This document shows, piece after piece, positions 1 to 11,574 of a stretch of DNA of 64,000 nucleotides (position 1 is its first letter; every line of letters begins with the position of its first letter). Below the pieces are notes generated by a model. The model searched no databases. It saw nothing but the letters and a program-made list of their open reading frames with translations, and had not been told where the DNA came from. The position numbers and the translations under genes were made by a program. The DNA lies in assembly GCA_964016885.1 (NCBI GenBank), contig OZ024759.1:6882001-6946000 (forward strand), given 5' to 3'. The stretch comes from Eledone cirrhosa. Taxonomy: Eukaryota.

Positions 1-27
1 TTCTTTGTATATTCATTATTTTTATTA

Positions 28-117
<90 letters not shown>

Positions 118-147
118 ATATAATATATATATATAATATAATATATA

Positions 148-450
148 AGGAAAGTATATACTTTCAGACGTTCAATCATCTGGCAGGAAGGTATACGATG
201 CTGACGATAGCTAATAAGCTTGAAACTAGTACATCGTTCCTTTGTCACTGTTGTTTGTTTACAAACAAACCGAACATTATAATAAATGTTCGGTAAACCG
301 ATACGTACATATATATATGTGTACATGTATGTATATATATACATACTACTGTACGTCTGTATACATATATGTATGTACGTATACATACTTATATTTAAGT
401 AACAGTCGTACTAAGAGTGAGAAATGAAATTTCGTTTCATTTTTTCTATT
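148..450 (+). mobile_element. Partial copy of the 432-bp non-coding HHR-bearing (retrozyme-like) family
   Basis: Same sequence as 46435-46790 (aaagtatatactttcagacg...gaaatgaaatttcgtttcatt) with an internal deletion; flanked by (TA)n. Confidence 0.8.
196..236 (+). ncRNA. Minimal type-I hammerhead ribozyme
   Basis: cgatg-CTGACGA-t-agct(aata)agct-t-GAAA-ctag-TA-catcg: stem I cgatg/catcg, 4-bp stem II, palindromic stem III. Confidence 0.9.
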
Positions 451-613
451 TATATATATTATCTCTATATATTTATATTATAAATATATACATATATATT
501 ATATATGTTATATATATATATTATGTATATTATATATATGACTTCCCAGGGAATATTCAACTGATAAGGTATGATTATCCTTGGCTATGTCAAAATTTAT
601 AAAACACACTTTG

Positions 614-676
614 TATTTTATCTGATGAAAGCGTACCAAAGTTTTTTGGTACCCTTGAAATATATATAATAGAATA
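614..676 (+). ncRNA. Type-I hammerhead ribozyme (family shared with 38521 and 48339/48557)
   Basis: tattttat-CTGATGA-aagcgtaccaaa(gttt)tttggtaccctt-GAAA-tatata-TA-atagaata. Confidence 0.8.
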
Positions 677-756
677 AATATGGTTTTATAAATATAGTTT
701 CCATTTATTTAATATCATTGTATATATATTATATATATTATATATATATTTATATA

Positions 757-884
<128 letters not shown>

Positions 885-1041
885 AAATATACACGGGTGT
901 GTATGATTGTGTATAGAAGATTATATTAATAAGAGGAATTCCAACTTTGTCTGATTTACTCGTTTTATTTACAATCCTTTAAAATTTATAATGGTATTAT
1001 AATGAAATAGTATGATAGAATATTAAATGTTAAGTGTTAAT

Positions 1042-1080
1042 TGAACAAGTACTTTCATGCTTTCGCAATCTTCAGGTTCA
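1042..1080 (-). ncRNA. Minimal hammerhead ribozyme (left arm)
   Basis: Exact reverse complement of 1165-1203. Confidence 0.88.
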
Positions 1081-1164
1081 TAATGTGTGGTGACAGTCAA
1101 GTTTGCAATTTTCAACTGTGAAATGACAGTTGAAAATTGCAAACTTGACTGTCACCACACATTA

Positions 1165-1203
1165 TGAACCTGAAGATTGCGAAAGCATGAAAGTACTTGT
1201 TCA
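1165..1203 (+). ncRNA. Minimal hammerhead ribozyme (right arm)
   Basis: tgaac-CTGAAGA-t-tgc(gaaa)gca-t-GAAA-gtac-TT-gttca. Confidence 0.88.
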
Positions 1204-1315
1204 ATTAACACTTAACATTTAATATTTTATCATACTATTTCATTATAATACCATTATAAATTTTAAAGGATCGTAAATAAAACGAGTAAATCAGACAAAG
1301 TTGGAATTCCTCTTA

Positions 1316-1408
<93 letters not shown>

Positions 1409-1441
1409 ATATATGTTATATATATATTTATATATATATAT

Positions 1442-4400
1442 CTAGGGCGGGTAAAATTCCGAAGATCCATGGACGAGTTCTCTCCAGCGGTCTCTGTCCC
1501 TCATTATCGCTGCCATGTCCTGCGTCTCCAACAGAGCAGTGTCTGTCCTTAGGGCATCAACATACGTTAACTTTGGTCTTCCGCTTCCAGTGTGTCCATG
1601 TAGGGGCTCCCAAAGGAGCACTGAGTGCAATGTCAACTCTGGATGTCGGTGAGCATGTCCAGCTAACCTCAGTCACCTGTGTCACTTTTGAGCTGACCTT
1701 TGGGATGCTCCCATACAGCTCTGGGTTTTTCATCCTCAGTGTATACTGATTAATGTTCAGAGCCATCCTCAGTATTCTCGTGAAGCGCCCATCCACCATC
1801 TGAGTGAGTTTCTTGGTCAGTGTCCAAGTCTCAGACCCATACAGCAGCACAGACTCCACAACAGCAGTGAAGAGGCGGATTTTCAGGTCTTTACGAAGGT
1901 CCGACTTCCACACCGATCTTAAGCTGTGGCACGCTGCCCAGGCTCTGTTCTTCCTCTCAACCACATCATTTTCCGTATTCCCAATCTTTGCTCCCAAATA
2001 CAGGAATCCCTCAACCAATTCTAGCGGCTTCCAGCCTACATTAGTGATCCCCTCTGGCTTCTCAACATTCTCTACCAGATATTTTGTTTTAGTCTCATTC
2101 ATTCTCAGCCCCACACTCATCGACACAGTCTCAACCTCCCGCATCAAATCCTCTGCCTCCTTCACTGTATTTGTCACCAAAACTATGTCGTCGGCAAATT
2201 CAGCATCCGATACCTTTTTCGCCCTAACTCTCCTACCCTGAGCCGGTGCTACAGTAAAGCCAGAGTCCTGGTGTTTCTGCAGTGCAAGGCGCATACAATA
2301 GTCCACTACGATGAGGGAGCCAATGTATCTCCCTGGAGCACTCCAGCCAGTATCTCAAAGAACTCTGTCATCCCATCAGGTGTAATGATTTGGGCTTTGG
2401 TGTTGGTGTAGAGCAGTGATATCAGGTCTACTATCTTCTTGGGGATTCCATAAGCCTGTAAGATCTTCATCAGGCATTGACGGTCCACAGAATCAAAGGC
2501 CTTCCTAAAGTCAATGAAAACCATGACCGCAGGAAGGCACTTTGCTCTAGCTCCCTCTAATATCCTCCTCAGCATCAGGATGTGACTGGTGGTTGATCTA
2601 CCCTCTCTGAAGCCGTTCTGGTTGTCCCTGAGCCTCTTCTCCATCTCAGACTGGATCCTGTTAAGAATCATCATGTTGAGGGTCTTTGCCACAAGTGACG
2701 TCAGTGAGATCCCCCTGTAGTTGTTGGTGTTAGAGAGATCTCCCTTCTTTGGCACTGGGGCGATGTTACTGATCCTCCACTGATTCGGGGAAACTCCTTT
2801 CTCCAGTGCCCGGTTACAGAACCCCAGGATGATATCATCAAAATCACACCTCTTCATCACCTCTGATGCCACTCCATCTTCTCCACGAGCCTTGCCCTCC
2901 TTGATCCTCTTCTTGGCTCTCTGAAGCTCCTCTCTGGTGAAGGGCTCTGTCTCAACATCCAGTTCCTCAAACAGCCGCCTGATCTCCCCAGTGCTCTGGG
3001 CTGTGGAGGGTGGCTCTCCTAGTAGGGTCCTAAAATGGTCTAGCCATTTCTTCTTCCTATTCTCAGGCCCAATTCCCTGGATCTGACTCGAACACCTTCT
3101 CTTCCTCCGTGTGATCTCGTTGATGATCATCCAGCTCTCCTTACATCCAGACCTACCAACCGCTCTCTCCACACTTCTGATCTTCTCTATCAGTGCCTCC
3201 TCTCTGACCTCAGTGTAAGCGGTACAGAGATCTTCCCTCATCACCTCCACAGTCTCCATCTTCTCCTTCGTAGGATCAGCATAGAATTGGTCCTTGGCAG
3301 CTTTCATGTGTTCTCTGGCTGCACACACTTTTGGGTTTTCAGAACTGACTTGCTTCCTTTTGTTCTTTTTCCTCGGCACCAGGGTTTCACTTGCTTCCGC
3401 TACTGCATTGGTGAAGTGCCCGTACCTCCTCGTCACACTCTCCTCAGTCCATCCAATCTCTCTCTCCTCTGACTCTCCACACAGGGAACTGAACCTGTTC
3501 CTCACTTCCACTGTGGATCTCTCCTGTAGCTTATCATCTTCCTTGAAAGCTCCCCAGTCATAGATTGCTCTCCGGGGCTGAGCCTTGCTCTTTCTTAAGC
3601 TCAGCCGGACCTCACTCATAACAAGCCAGTGGTCACTACCCAGTGTACTGAAATAGTTGTATGGTTCTGTGTTTAGAACACTATTCCGCCACTTTTTCCT
3701 CACCAGAATGAAATCAATCTGGGACTTGGACAGGTGCATATCTGAGTTGTAGGTCCACATCTTCCCCGGATTCTTCCTAAACCTTAGGTTATTCGCTATC
3801 AAGTTCGCCTCCAGCAGGCTGTCTCTCAGTAGTCTTCCATTTCGGTTGATGTTGTTATGGAAGAACCAGCAAGTATCTTCACTGCCCTCCTTACTCAGAT
3901 GTGCATTGAAGTCCCCCAGAACAAGCAGGATGTTGTGTGCTTGAGTGGTGTTGACAGCTCTACACACCTCCTCATGGAACTCTTCTGCACTCACATCACT
4001 GTCCTCCTCGGTTGGACTATAGGCTGAGTTGATTGTCAGTCTTGGGTTTCCATTGAAGGTCAACCTCAACACTCGTGGGGAGACAGGCATTATTTCCCTC
4101 ACCAATAGACTGGTTTTTGTGCTGAAAACAAAACCCACTCCTCCTACTGCAGCATTGGTCATGTTCCTCACTGCCGATGTGGTGATGAGCTGGCTCCTCT
4201 CCCCAATCATCACACTCCTCACGGGCTCATCGTGTAGGATCCTGTGTTCTTGGATCGCAAGTATCTGTATACCACTCTCCTCGAACAGATGTCCCAACTC
4301 CGCTCTCTTCTCCAGTGTCCGAATAGTCCTCACATTCAAAGTGCCCATTTTAATGCCTCTTCTGCAGGACAAAACTGCATTCTTTATATTTGTCTCAGAG

Positions 4401-4546
4401 GCAGCTGATCCACCATCCACTGGCCCCCTCTGTGGCTCTAAGCCAGCCGAGTCATAACGACCAGACTGCTCCTTCTCAGAGTAGTTAGTGGCTCTAACCC
4501 TAGTGCTGTTAGATCGACTCTCCATGTTCCTTTCAATAGCTGACAA
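1442..4546 (-). pseudogene. APE-reverse transcriptase ORF broken by two frameshifts (~2306 and ~1680)
   Basis: Consecutive ORFs 2306..4546, 1557..2306 and 1442..1636; the copy at 61959 retains the correct TQRRLRLAGHAHRHPEL frame. Confidence 0.88.
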
Positions 4547-4735
4547 TACCTTACCGGCGCCACTCGAATAAGGTAATTATTTAACCCATAAATGGAGCCC
4601 TAACCGGTACTACTACTCGAGGCCAGAGCAGACCTTGGAGTCATGACAACTAAGGGGTAACTCCACATTCCCCACAACTCCTGAACTTCCGAACTGGAGC
4701 CTTGCCACTGGATGTAGTTTAATGTCATACCCAGG
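1442..4735 (-). mobile_element. Near-full-length RTE-clade LINE with a single APE-RT ORF and ~190-bp 5' UTR
   Basis: APE motifs GTLNVRT, LAIQEHR, LGDFNAH, QIDFIL, SDH; RT motifs NYRGISL, FIDFRKAFDS, GVLQGDTLAP, FADD; RTE-type C-terminus VLLYGSETW; 3' end abuts (TA)n. Confidence 0.93.
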
Positions 4736-4758
4736 AGATATATATATATATATATATA

Positions 4759-4857
<99 letters not shown>

Positions 4858-4894
4858 AAGAAAAAGCGAAGTAGTTTCAGATGTTCAAGTCTTT

Positions 4895-5245
4895 TAATAA
4901 TAATTGTTTCTACTTTAGGCACAAGGCCAGCAATTATCTCAGTGCATTACTGGTACTTTATTTTATCAACCCCGTAAGGATGAAAGGCAAAGTTAACCTC
5001 GGCGGGATTTGAACTCAGACCGCAAAGGGACGTAACTATGCTGGAAAGCATGGCGTCCGACCCTCTACAGATACTGCCAATTCACCGCCCTAAGTCTTTT
5101 AATAATAATTGTTTCTACTTTTGGCACAAGGCCAGCAATTATCTCAGTGCATTACTGGTACTTTATTTTATCAACCCCGTAAGGATGAAAGGCAAAGTTA
5201 ACCTCGGCGGGATTTGAACTCAGAATAGCAAGGGCCGTAACTCTA
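4895..5245 (-). mobile_element. Two tandem tRNA-derived SINE copies with a Meta-like central domain
   Basis: Reverse strand shows A box tggcagtatctg, B box gagttcaaatcc and gcctttcatccttacggggttgataaaataaagtaccag; same family as 34895. Confidence 0.8.
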
Positions 5246-5618
5246 ATAATGCTGTGATATATATTTCAATGACGACTCTGGCTACACTGCTCTCTCGACA
5301 TTTACTCCGTCACTCCTATGTGGAAAAAGTACGTTGAGTGCTTGAATTGAATTGCATCAATATTTACCCTCAGAAGTATATATATATATATATATGTGTG
5401 TGTGTAAGTATGTATGTATACGTACATACATATATGCATACAGACGTACAGTAGTATGTATATATATACATACATGCACACATATATATATGCACGTATA
5501 GGTTTACCGAACATTTATTATAATGTTCGGTTTGTTTGTAAACAAACAAACAGCCCGAATTACGCCGTACAGTGTTTAGGCAACCACATCACCTTTTTGT
5601 TCAACACTGACACAGGAA

Positions 5619-5659
5619 CGATGTACTAGTTTCAAGCTTAATAGCTATCGTCAGCACCG
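5619..5659 (-). ncRNA. Minimal hammerhead ribozyme
   Basis: Reverse complement: cggtg-CTGACGA-tagctattaagctt-GAAA-ctag-TA-catcg. Confidence 0.88.
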
Positions 5660-5830
5660 TATACCTTTCTGCCAGATGATTGAACGTCTGAAAGTATATA
5701 CTTTCCTTATACATATTAACGGCTGAGCAGCCCAATTTGCATATCGAGTGAGTTTAGTAAATGAAAGTATATACTTATATATATGAAAGTATATACTTTC
5801 AGACGTTCAACCATCTGGCAGGAAGGTATA

Positions 5831-5871
5831 CGATGCTGACGATAGCTAATAAGCTTGAAACTAGTACATCG
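5831..5871 (+). ncRNA. Minimal hammerhead ribozyme
   Basis: Identical to 196-236. Confidence 0.9.
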
Positions 5872-6389
5872 TTCCTGTGTCAGTGTTGAACAAAAAGGTG
5901 ATGTGGTTGCCTAAACACTGTACGGTGTAATTCGGGCTGTTTGTTTGTTTACAAACAAACCGAACATTATAATAAATGTTCGGTAAACCTATACGTGCAT
6001 ATATATATGTATGCATGTATGTATATATATATACATACTACTGTACGTCTGTATGCATATATGTATGTATGTATACATACTTACATTTAGGTAACTGCCG
6101 TACTAACATATATAATATATATATTATATACATAATATATATATATAATATATATATTATATACATAATATATATATTATATACATATATATATCTATTT
6201 ATGCTAGTCTAAAATTCAAATTCTCCGTTTTCCTCTCGGATTTTCAAATATTATTTGACATGTTTTTAATAATATGTCTCATTCTGTTGGACCCTTCCTA
6301 AAAACTAACCTTCTCCTAAAGTTACCCATTTCTTGCTATATGATCCAATCATAACTCAGAGGCTTTAGTAAGTTCTCTAACAAATCAGT

Positions 6390-7995
6390 ATAGCAAAGCT
6401 GCCACCCCGGTTACTACTCCTTAAGTTTAGACCTGTTTGATGGGTTGACTGCCGAAATTTGGAAAGTCTAAGCAATGTCACAGATAAAAATAAATTCACC
6501 TCCCGCTGCAGGACGAGAATACAAGGACCCCTCTTTATTTCAGACACGGATGACCAACAAAATCCCGTCTCCCACACACCTCCCTGCCCCTCCAACCCAT
6601 CCATCCCACCCTCCCAACTTCAGAGTTGGTACCATGAACGTAGGCACATTGAAAGGTCACTCAAATGAGGTTGTAGAGATGCTTAAACGTAAAGAAGTTG
6701 ATGTTTGTTGTATTCAAGAGACTAGGTGGAGAGGGGGGTCTGCTAGATTCATCGTGGGTAAAAAACGATGCTATAAACTTTTCTGGGTGGGAAATGACAA
6801 CGGACAGGGTGGTGTAGGAATTATGTTAGCTGAATAATGGGTAGATAAGGTAATTGACGTAAATAGAGTGAATGACAAAATAATTAAAATAAGACTAGTT
6901 CTAAATAGAACTACTGTGACAATAATATCCGCTTATGCACCCCAATCTGGTGAACCTGACGTTATAAAGGACAGGTTCTATTAGATGCTAATGCACACTA
7001 CCTCCCAAATAACAGACAGCGACTGCTTAATTATTGCTGGCGATCTAAACAGTCACGTTGGACAACATAGTGATGGCTATGATGGAATCCATGGAGGCTA
7101 TGGGTTTGGAAATAAAAATGAGGAGGGTTTCAGAATCCTGGAATTCTGTGACGCCAATAACCTAACTATCTGTAACACAAACTTCAAAAAATGAGAAAAC
7201 CACTTGATCACCTATAGATCAGGGGAACACGCCAGCCAGATAGATTACTTCCTTACTAGAAGATGGGACAAAGTGTCTGTTGTAAACACTAAATCCCCCC
7301 TCCGTGAAGAATGCACCTCCCAACATAGCCTAGTAGTTAGTGACCTCATAGTCAGGAATAGATGTACCCGACGACAGAGGAGGCCTACTTTGAGGAGAAG
7401 AATATGGAAGTTGAAGGACCCCATAGCCAGTGACAAATTTAAAAGCTTATTACTTGATGCCTTTGAAAATAAGGAAGAGCAATTAGAGACGCGCAATATA
7501 GAGGAACAATGGCAATTCTTGAGAGTGAACCTGCTGAAAGCAACAGATGTAATCTGTGGCTGGAGCACACCTATAGGCATGAAGAGAGTTACGTGGTGCT
7601 GTAACAGTAAGGTGGACGAGACAATCAAGGCCAAAAAGCAGGCTTGGAAAGTATGGCAGGATGGGGGAAGTAGAGAGCACTATCAAGTGGCCAGGAGAGA
7701 AGCTAGGAGACAAGTGTACCTTGCAAAAAGGAAAGCAGAGGATAGAAAGTTCAAGCATGTTCTACAACGTGAGGACAAAAAACGTGAGGTGTTCAGGATT
7801 GCTAGACAATGTGTCAAGGAAAACCGTGATATTGTCGGGGAGAAGTGTGTCCGTAATGACGATGGTGTACTTGCCCTCACTGATACTAATAAGAAGGTAG
7901 CTTGGAAGTGTCACTACGAGAGGCTACTAAATGAGGAGAATAAATGGGATAAAGATAGTCTGCCCCAAATCAATCCAATAAAAGGACCAGCGGTG
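6390..7995 (+). mobile_element. 5' half (APE domain) of a second RTE-type LINE, decayed
   Basis: VGTMNVGTL, CCIQETRW, AGDLNSHVG, QIDYFL, QHSLV; in-frame stops; truncated before the RT. Confidence 0.88.
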
Positions 7996-8004
7996 CATAC
8001 GCAG

Positions 8005-8153
8005 ATATTACTGTCACAGTAGTTCTATTGAGGACAAGTCTTATTTTAATTATTCTGTCATTCACTCTATTTACGTCAATTATTTTTATCTACCCCTTTT
8101 TCTGCTAGCATGATCCCTACCCCACCTATCCCATTGTCATTTCCCACCCAGAA
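8005..8153 (-). mobile_element. Diverged inverted APE fragment of the same LINE family
   Basis: Reverse-complement similar to 6779-6928 (FWVGNDNG region). Confidence 0.75.
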
Positions 8154-8303
8154 ATATATATATATATATATTATCTCTATATGTATATTATAAATATATA
8201 TATATATATTATCTCTCTATATATATATTATAAATATATATATATATAGATATATATATATATATTATCTCTATAGATTTATATTATAAATATATATATA
8301 TAT

Positions 8304-8334
<31 letters not shown>

Positions 8335-8338
8335 ATAA

Positions 8339-8369
<31 letters not shown>

Positions 8370-8394
8370 ATATTATATATATATATATATATAT

Positions 8395-8516
<122 letters not shown>

Positions 8517-8821
8517 ATTATATATATATATATATTATATATATATATATTATATATATATATAATGTATATATATATATATATATATTTAATACAATAA
8601 CAGAGATAGTTTAAAGCTAAACTCTGACTGGTAACCATCTCACTCAACAAACATTAGGTTATATTAAAATATAAACCCAATTTAAGTGTTTGGAGTGCTA
8701 ACAAAATGTATAATGTGGAAAAACCAGTTGTATTATTTTATGAGATATAATTAAAGTTAAAGTATATCTCTCATTCCAAACAATTGTTTCATTATAAGTT
8801 TTCGTATCCCGTCGGAGGTAG

Positions 8822-8890
<69 letters not shown>

Positions 8891-9036
8891 ATACTTTGGG
8901 AGGGTCATGTTGCCAATAAGAAACACACGCGCCAGTTGCTTTCACTTCAATTTATTATAATAAATTTATAAATTTAGGAATTTATAGATTTCTGGTTGGT
9001 TGGTTGGTTCCACAACCAGATAGTTGTTTATATATT

Positions 9037-9079
9037 GTCAAAGTTCTTTCGTCACACATTCTGTGACCTCTTCAGTGAC
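9037..9079 (-). ncRNA. Hammerhead ribozyme (left arm)
   Basis: Reverse complement of 9104-9146. Confidence 0.82.
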
Positions 9080-9103
9080 TGGTCGTAAAGAAAAGAATCC
9101 CCA

Positions 9104-9146
9104 GTCACTGAAGAGGTCACAGAATGTGTGACGAAAGAACTTTGAC
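9104..9146 (+). ncRNA. Hammerhead ribozyme (right arm)
   Basis: gtca-CTGAAGA-g-gtcaca(gaatg)tgtgac-GAAA-gaac-TT-tgac. Confidence 0.82.
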
Positions 9147-10027
9147 AATATATAAGCAACTATCTGGTTGTGGAACCAACCAACCAACCAGAAATTTATA
9201 AATTCCTAAATTTATAAATTTATTATAATAAATTGAAGTGAAAGCAACTGGTGCGTGTGTTTCTTATTGGCAACATGACCCTCCCAAAGTATAACAATAT
9301 CGGTTTCAACAAACGATTTCAGATAAAGAATCTTGCTAAACAAATTCAGAAACGAAATATATATATATATATAAAACTGTAAATCACCTGATATATATAT
9401 ATAGCTCAATGTAAATACATCAGGTCATTTACAGAGCTTATATATATGTATATATATATATATGAGAATAAAGTTAGTCCTTCATCACTGATCTTCCAAC
9501 CATCATTGGTATTTCATCGCTTTAAAGAACATATACCTCCGGTTGGTGCGAGCAACGGCTAAAAAAAGTCGTTGGGACACGTAAATAAAGGGGACACGAG
9601 TGTAAACAAACAAAGATGGTGAAGCAACGAAAAATGAGGAAGAAGAAGTCAAGTCCCAAATTTCTATGAATATAAATTTGGTGAAATCGTGAACGAGAGA
9701 GATTAAAGACCATCAAACCTGGTTGGAATGTGAGCAAGGAAGGATTTCCGTACAGGTCTAACGGGAGGAAGAAGGGATCTAGTCTGTGAATTCGGTGAAC
9801 ATAAGTTCTGTGAAATCGTAGACGAGAGAGAGAAAAAAAGCGACCTGCCAGACCAAGGGTGCGAAAGAAAAGAATTACGCACAGGTCAAACGGGAAGAAG
9901 GAGGAGGAGAGGTAGTAACAGAGCAGAGAATGAGTGAGTGAAGGGTGAGGAAGAGGCTAACAGAGAGAGTGACTGCTAGAGAGGGTAAAGATAAGCTCTG
10001 TAAATCACCCTATGTATTTACATTGAG

Positions 10028-10113
<86 letters not shown>

Positions 10114-10149
10114 CTCAATGTAAATACATCAGGTGATTTACAGAGCTGG

Positions 10150-11380
10150 AATATAAATCACAGAATAATCAAAACTATGTTCAAAATAATCTATTGCTGA
10201 CAATCGTTTCTTCCAAACTTTCGTTTGGAATCATCGGAGAATTAGCAAAGTTTAGACATATAATTTACCTCCTATTCTACAAAACAATTGTAAAGATACG
10301 TAGATATTAGTTTTATATATTTAATTTTAAATATATATATTTAATTTTATATACAATCATTTTTCTATATAATATTTTACAGGTCTCATTTTATCACTAC
10401 CTACCCATATATTAATTAAATGAATGAAATATTAATGGGTATGTAGTGATAAAATGAGACCTTTAAAATATTACATAGAAAAAAGATTTATATAAAATTA
10501 AATATATAAATTTAATGATAAATAGTATTATATAAAAGGATTCACTTATAACATAATATATTGTATATTAACACATAGAATTTAACTAATTAGAGTTGTA
10601 AACAACTATACATTTTTCCCTTATACACAAATTAATCGCCAATTATCTCCCCTCTCCCATTAGCTCCCCTTAGTGTAGATCTCTAATCACTTCCTGAAAT
10701 TAAACCATTAGATCACTACAGAACAACTCGAACCCTTGATAAGATTGTAGTAGCACCAATATACCATAGTTGTAGCTACTGATGAACATTTACTAAAATA
10801 TAACCAATGTAATGGAAAGGAAAACCTTAATATTAATACTCACAGCACATGTACATTTGAACATTACCGAAACAATTATCACATTGCATCCACCATAAAC
10901 TTCATAGAAACTGCTTTTCATACCCACGCATCTCTGTCTGCTTGCTTTTAGACCTGTATTGTATTATGTAATACCTTTGCCATACTGTGATATATGTGCT
11001 TAGTACCATTGCTTGTTTCTTACCTGGTTATTCTGTACATGCCTAACACATCTGCACTCTCTATACGTTTGCCTATGTACTGCTAATTTCCTCGTTTTGC
11101 AAGTAACTTTCTTTTTTAATTCCTCTATAATTGTATTATTCTTTTATAATCTCTGTCATATCCACAGATACTGACCACATCATCTTCACTCTTTAAATAT
11201 GACACTGTTAATGACAACACTAACATCTATGTATCTTTACAATTGTTTTGTAGAATAGGAGGTTAATTATATGTCTAAACTTTGCTAGTACTCCGATGAT
11301 TCCAAACGAGTGTTTGGAAGAAACGATTGTCAGCAATAAAATGTTTTGAACATAGTTTTGATTATTCTGTAATTTATATA
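10150..11380 (+). mobile_element. PLE 3' UTR fragment with an inverted pseudo-LTR at its 5' side
   Basis: 10150-10311 mirrors 11217-11380; interior resembles the reverse complement of 31300-32350; variant HHR core CCGATGA...GAAA-cgattg-TC at 11293-11336. Confidence 0.75.
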
Positions 11381-11574
11381 TATATATATAAAGGATTATT
11401 AGTTCATGCAATTGACTTATGTTTCGTCACTATTATAACTCTGGAACTTATATCTTCGTTGAGTGCTCCCTATCCGTATACTGAAGTACTGGATTTTACC
11501 AACACTTACTTTCTTGCTTACCCCATGCTCCACACCCTGTTAAGCGCTTCATACAGTAGCGGACCGCAGCCAAT

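Larger units (their letters stand above)
924..1320. repeat. Near-perfect fold-back (~196-bp arms, 6-nt loop at 1120-1125), PLE pseudo-LTR-like
   Basis: 924-1119 is the reverse complement of 1126-1320 with few mismatches; each arm carries an HHR. Confidence 0.92.
5405..6105. repeat. Inverted pair of the 432-bp HHR family (minus copy, then plus copy)
   Basis: ~5405-5704 mirrors ~5785-6085; HHRs at 5619-5659 (-) and 5831-5871 (+). Confidence 0.88.
8885..9360. repeat. Fold-back of a PLE 3' end (~197-bp arms, 18-nt spacer), one HHR per arm
   Basis: 8885-9082 mirrors 9101-9300; same family as the 3' UTR of the GIY-YIG element at 20643-21450. Confidence 0.9.

Noticed and set aside
1804-4457. Plus-strand ORFs opposite the LINE
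   Set aside because: Antisense shadows of the RTE coding frame
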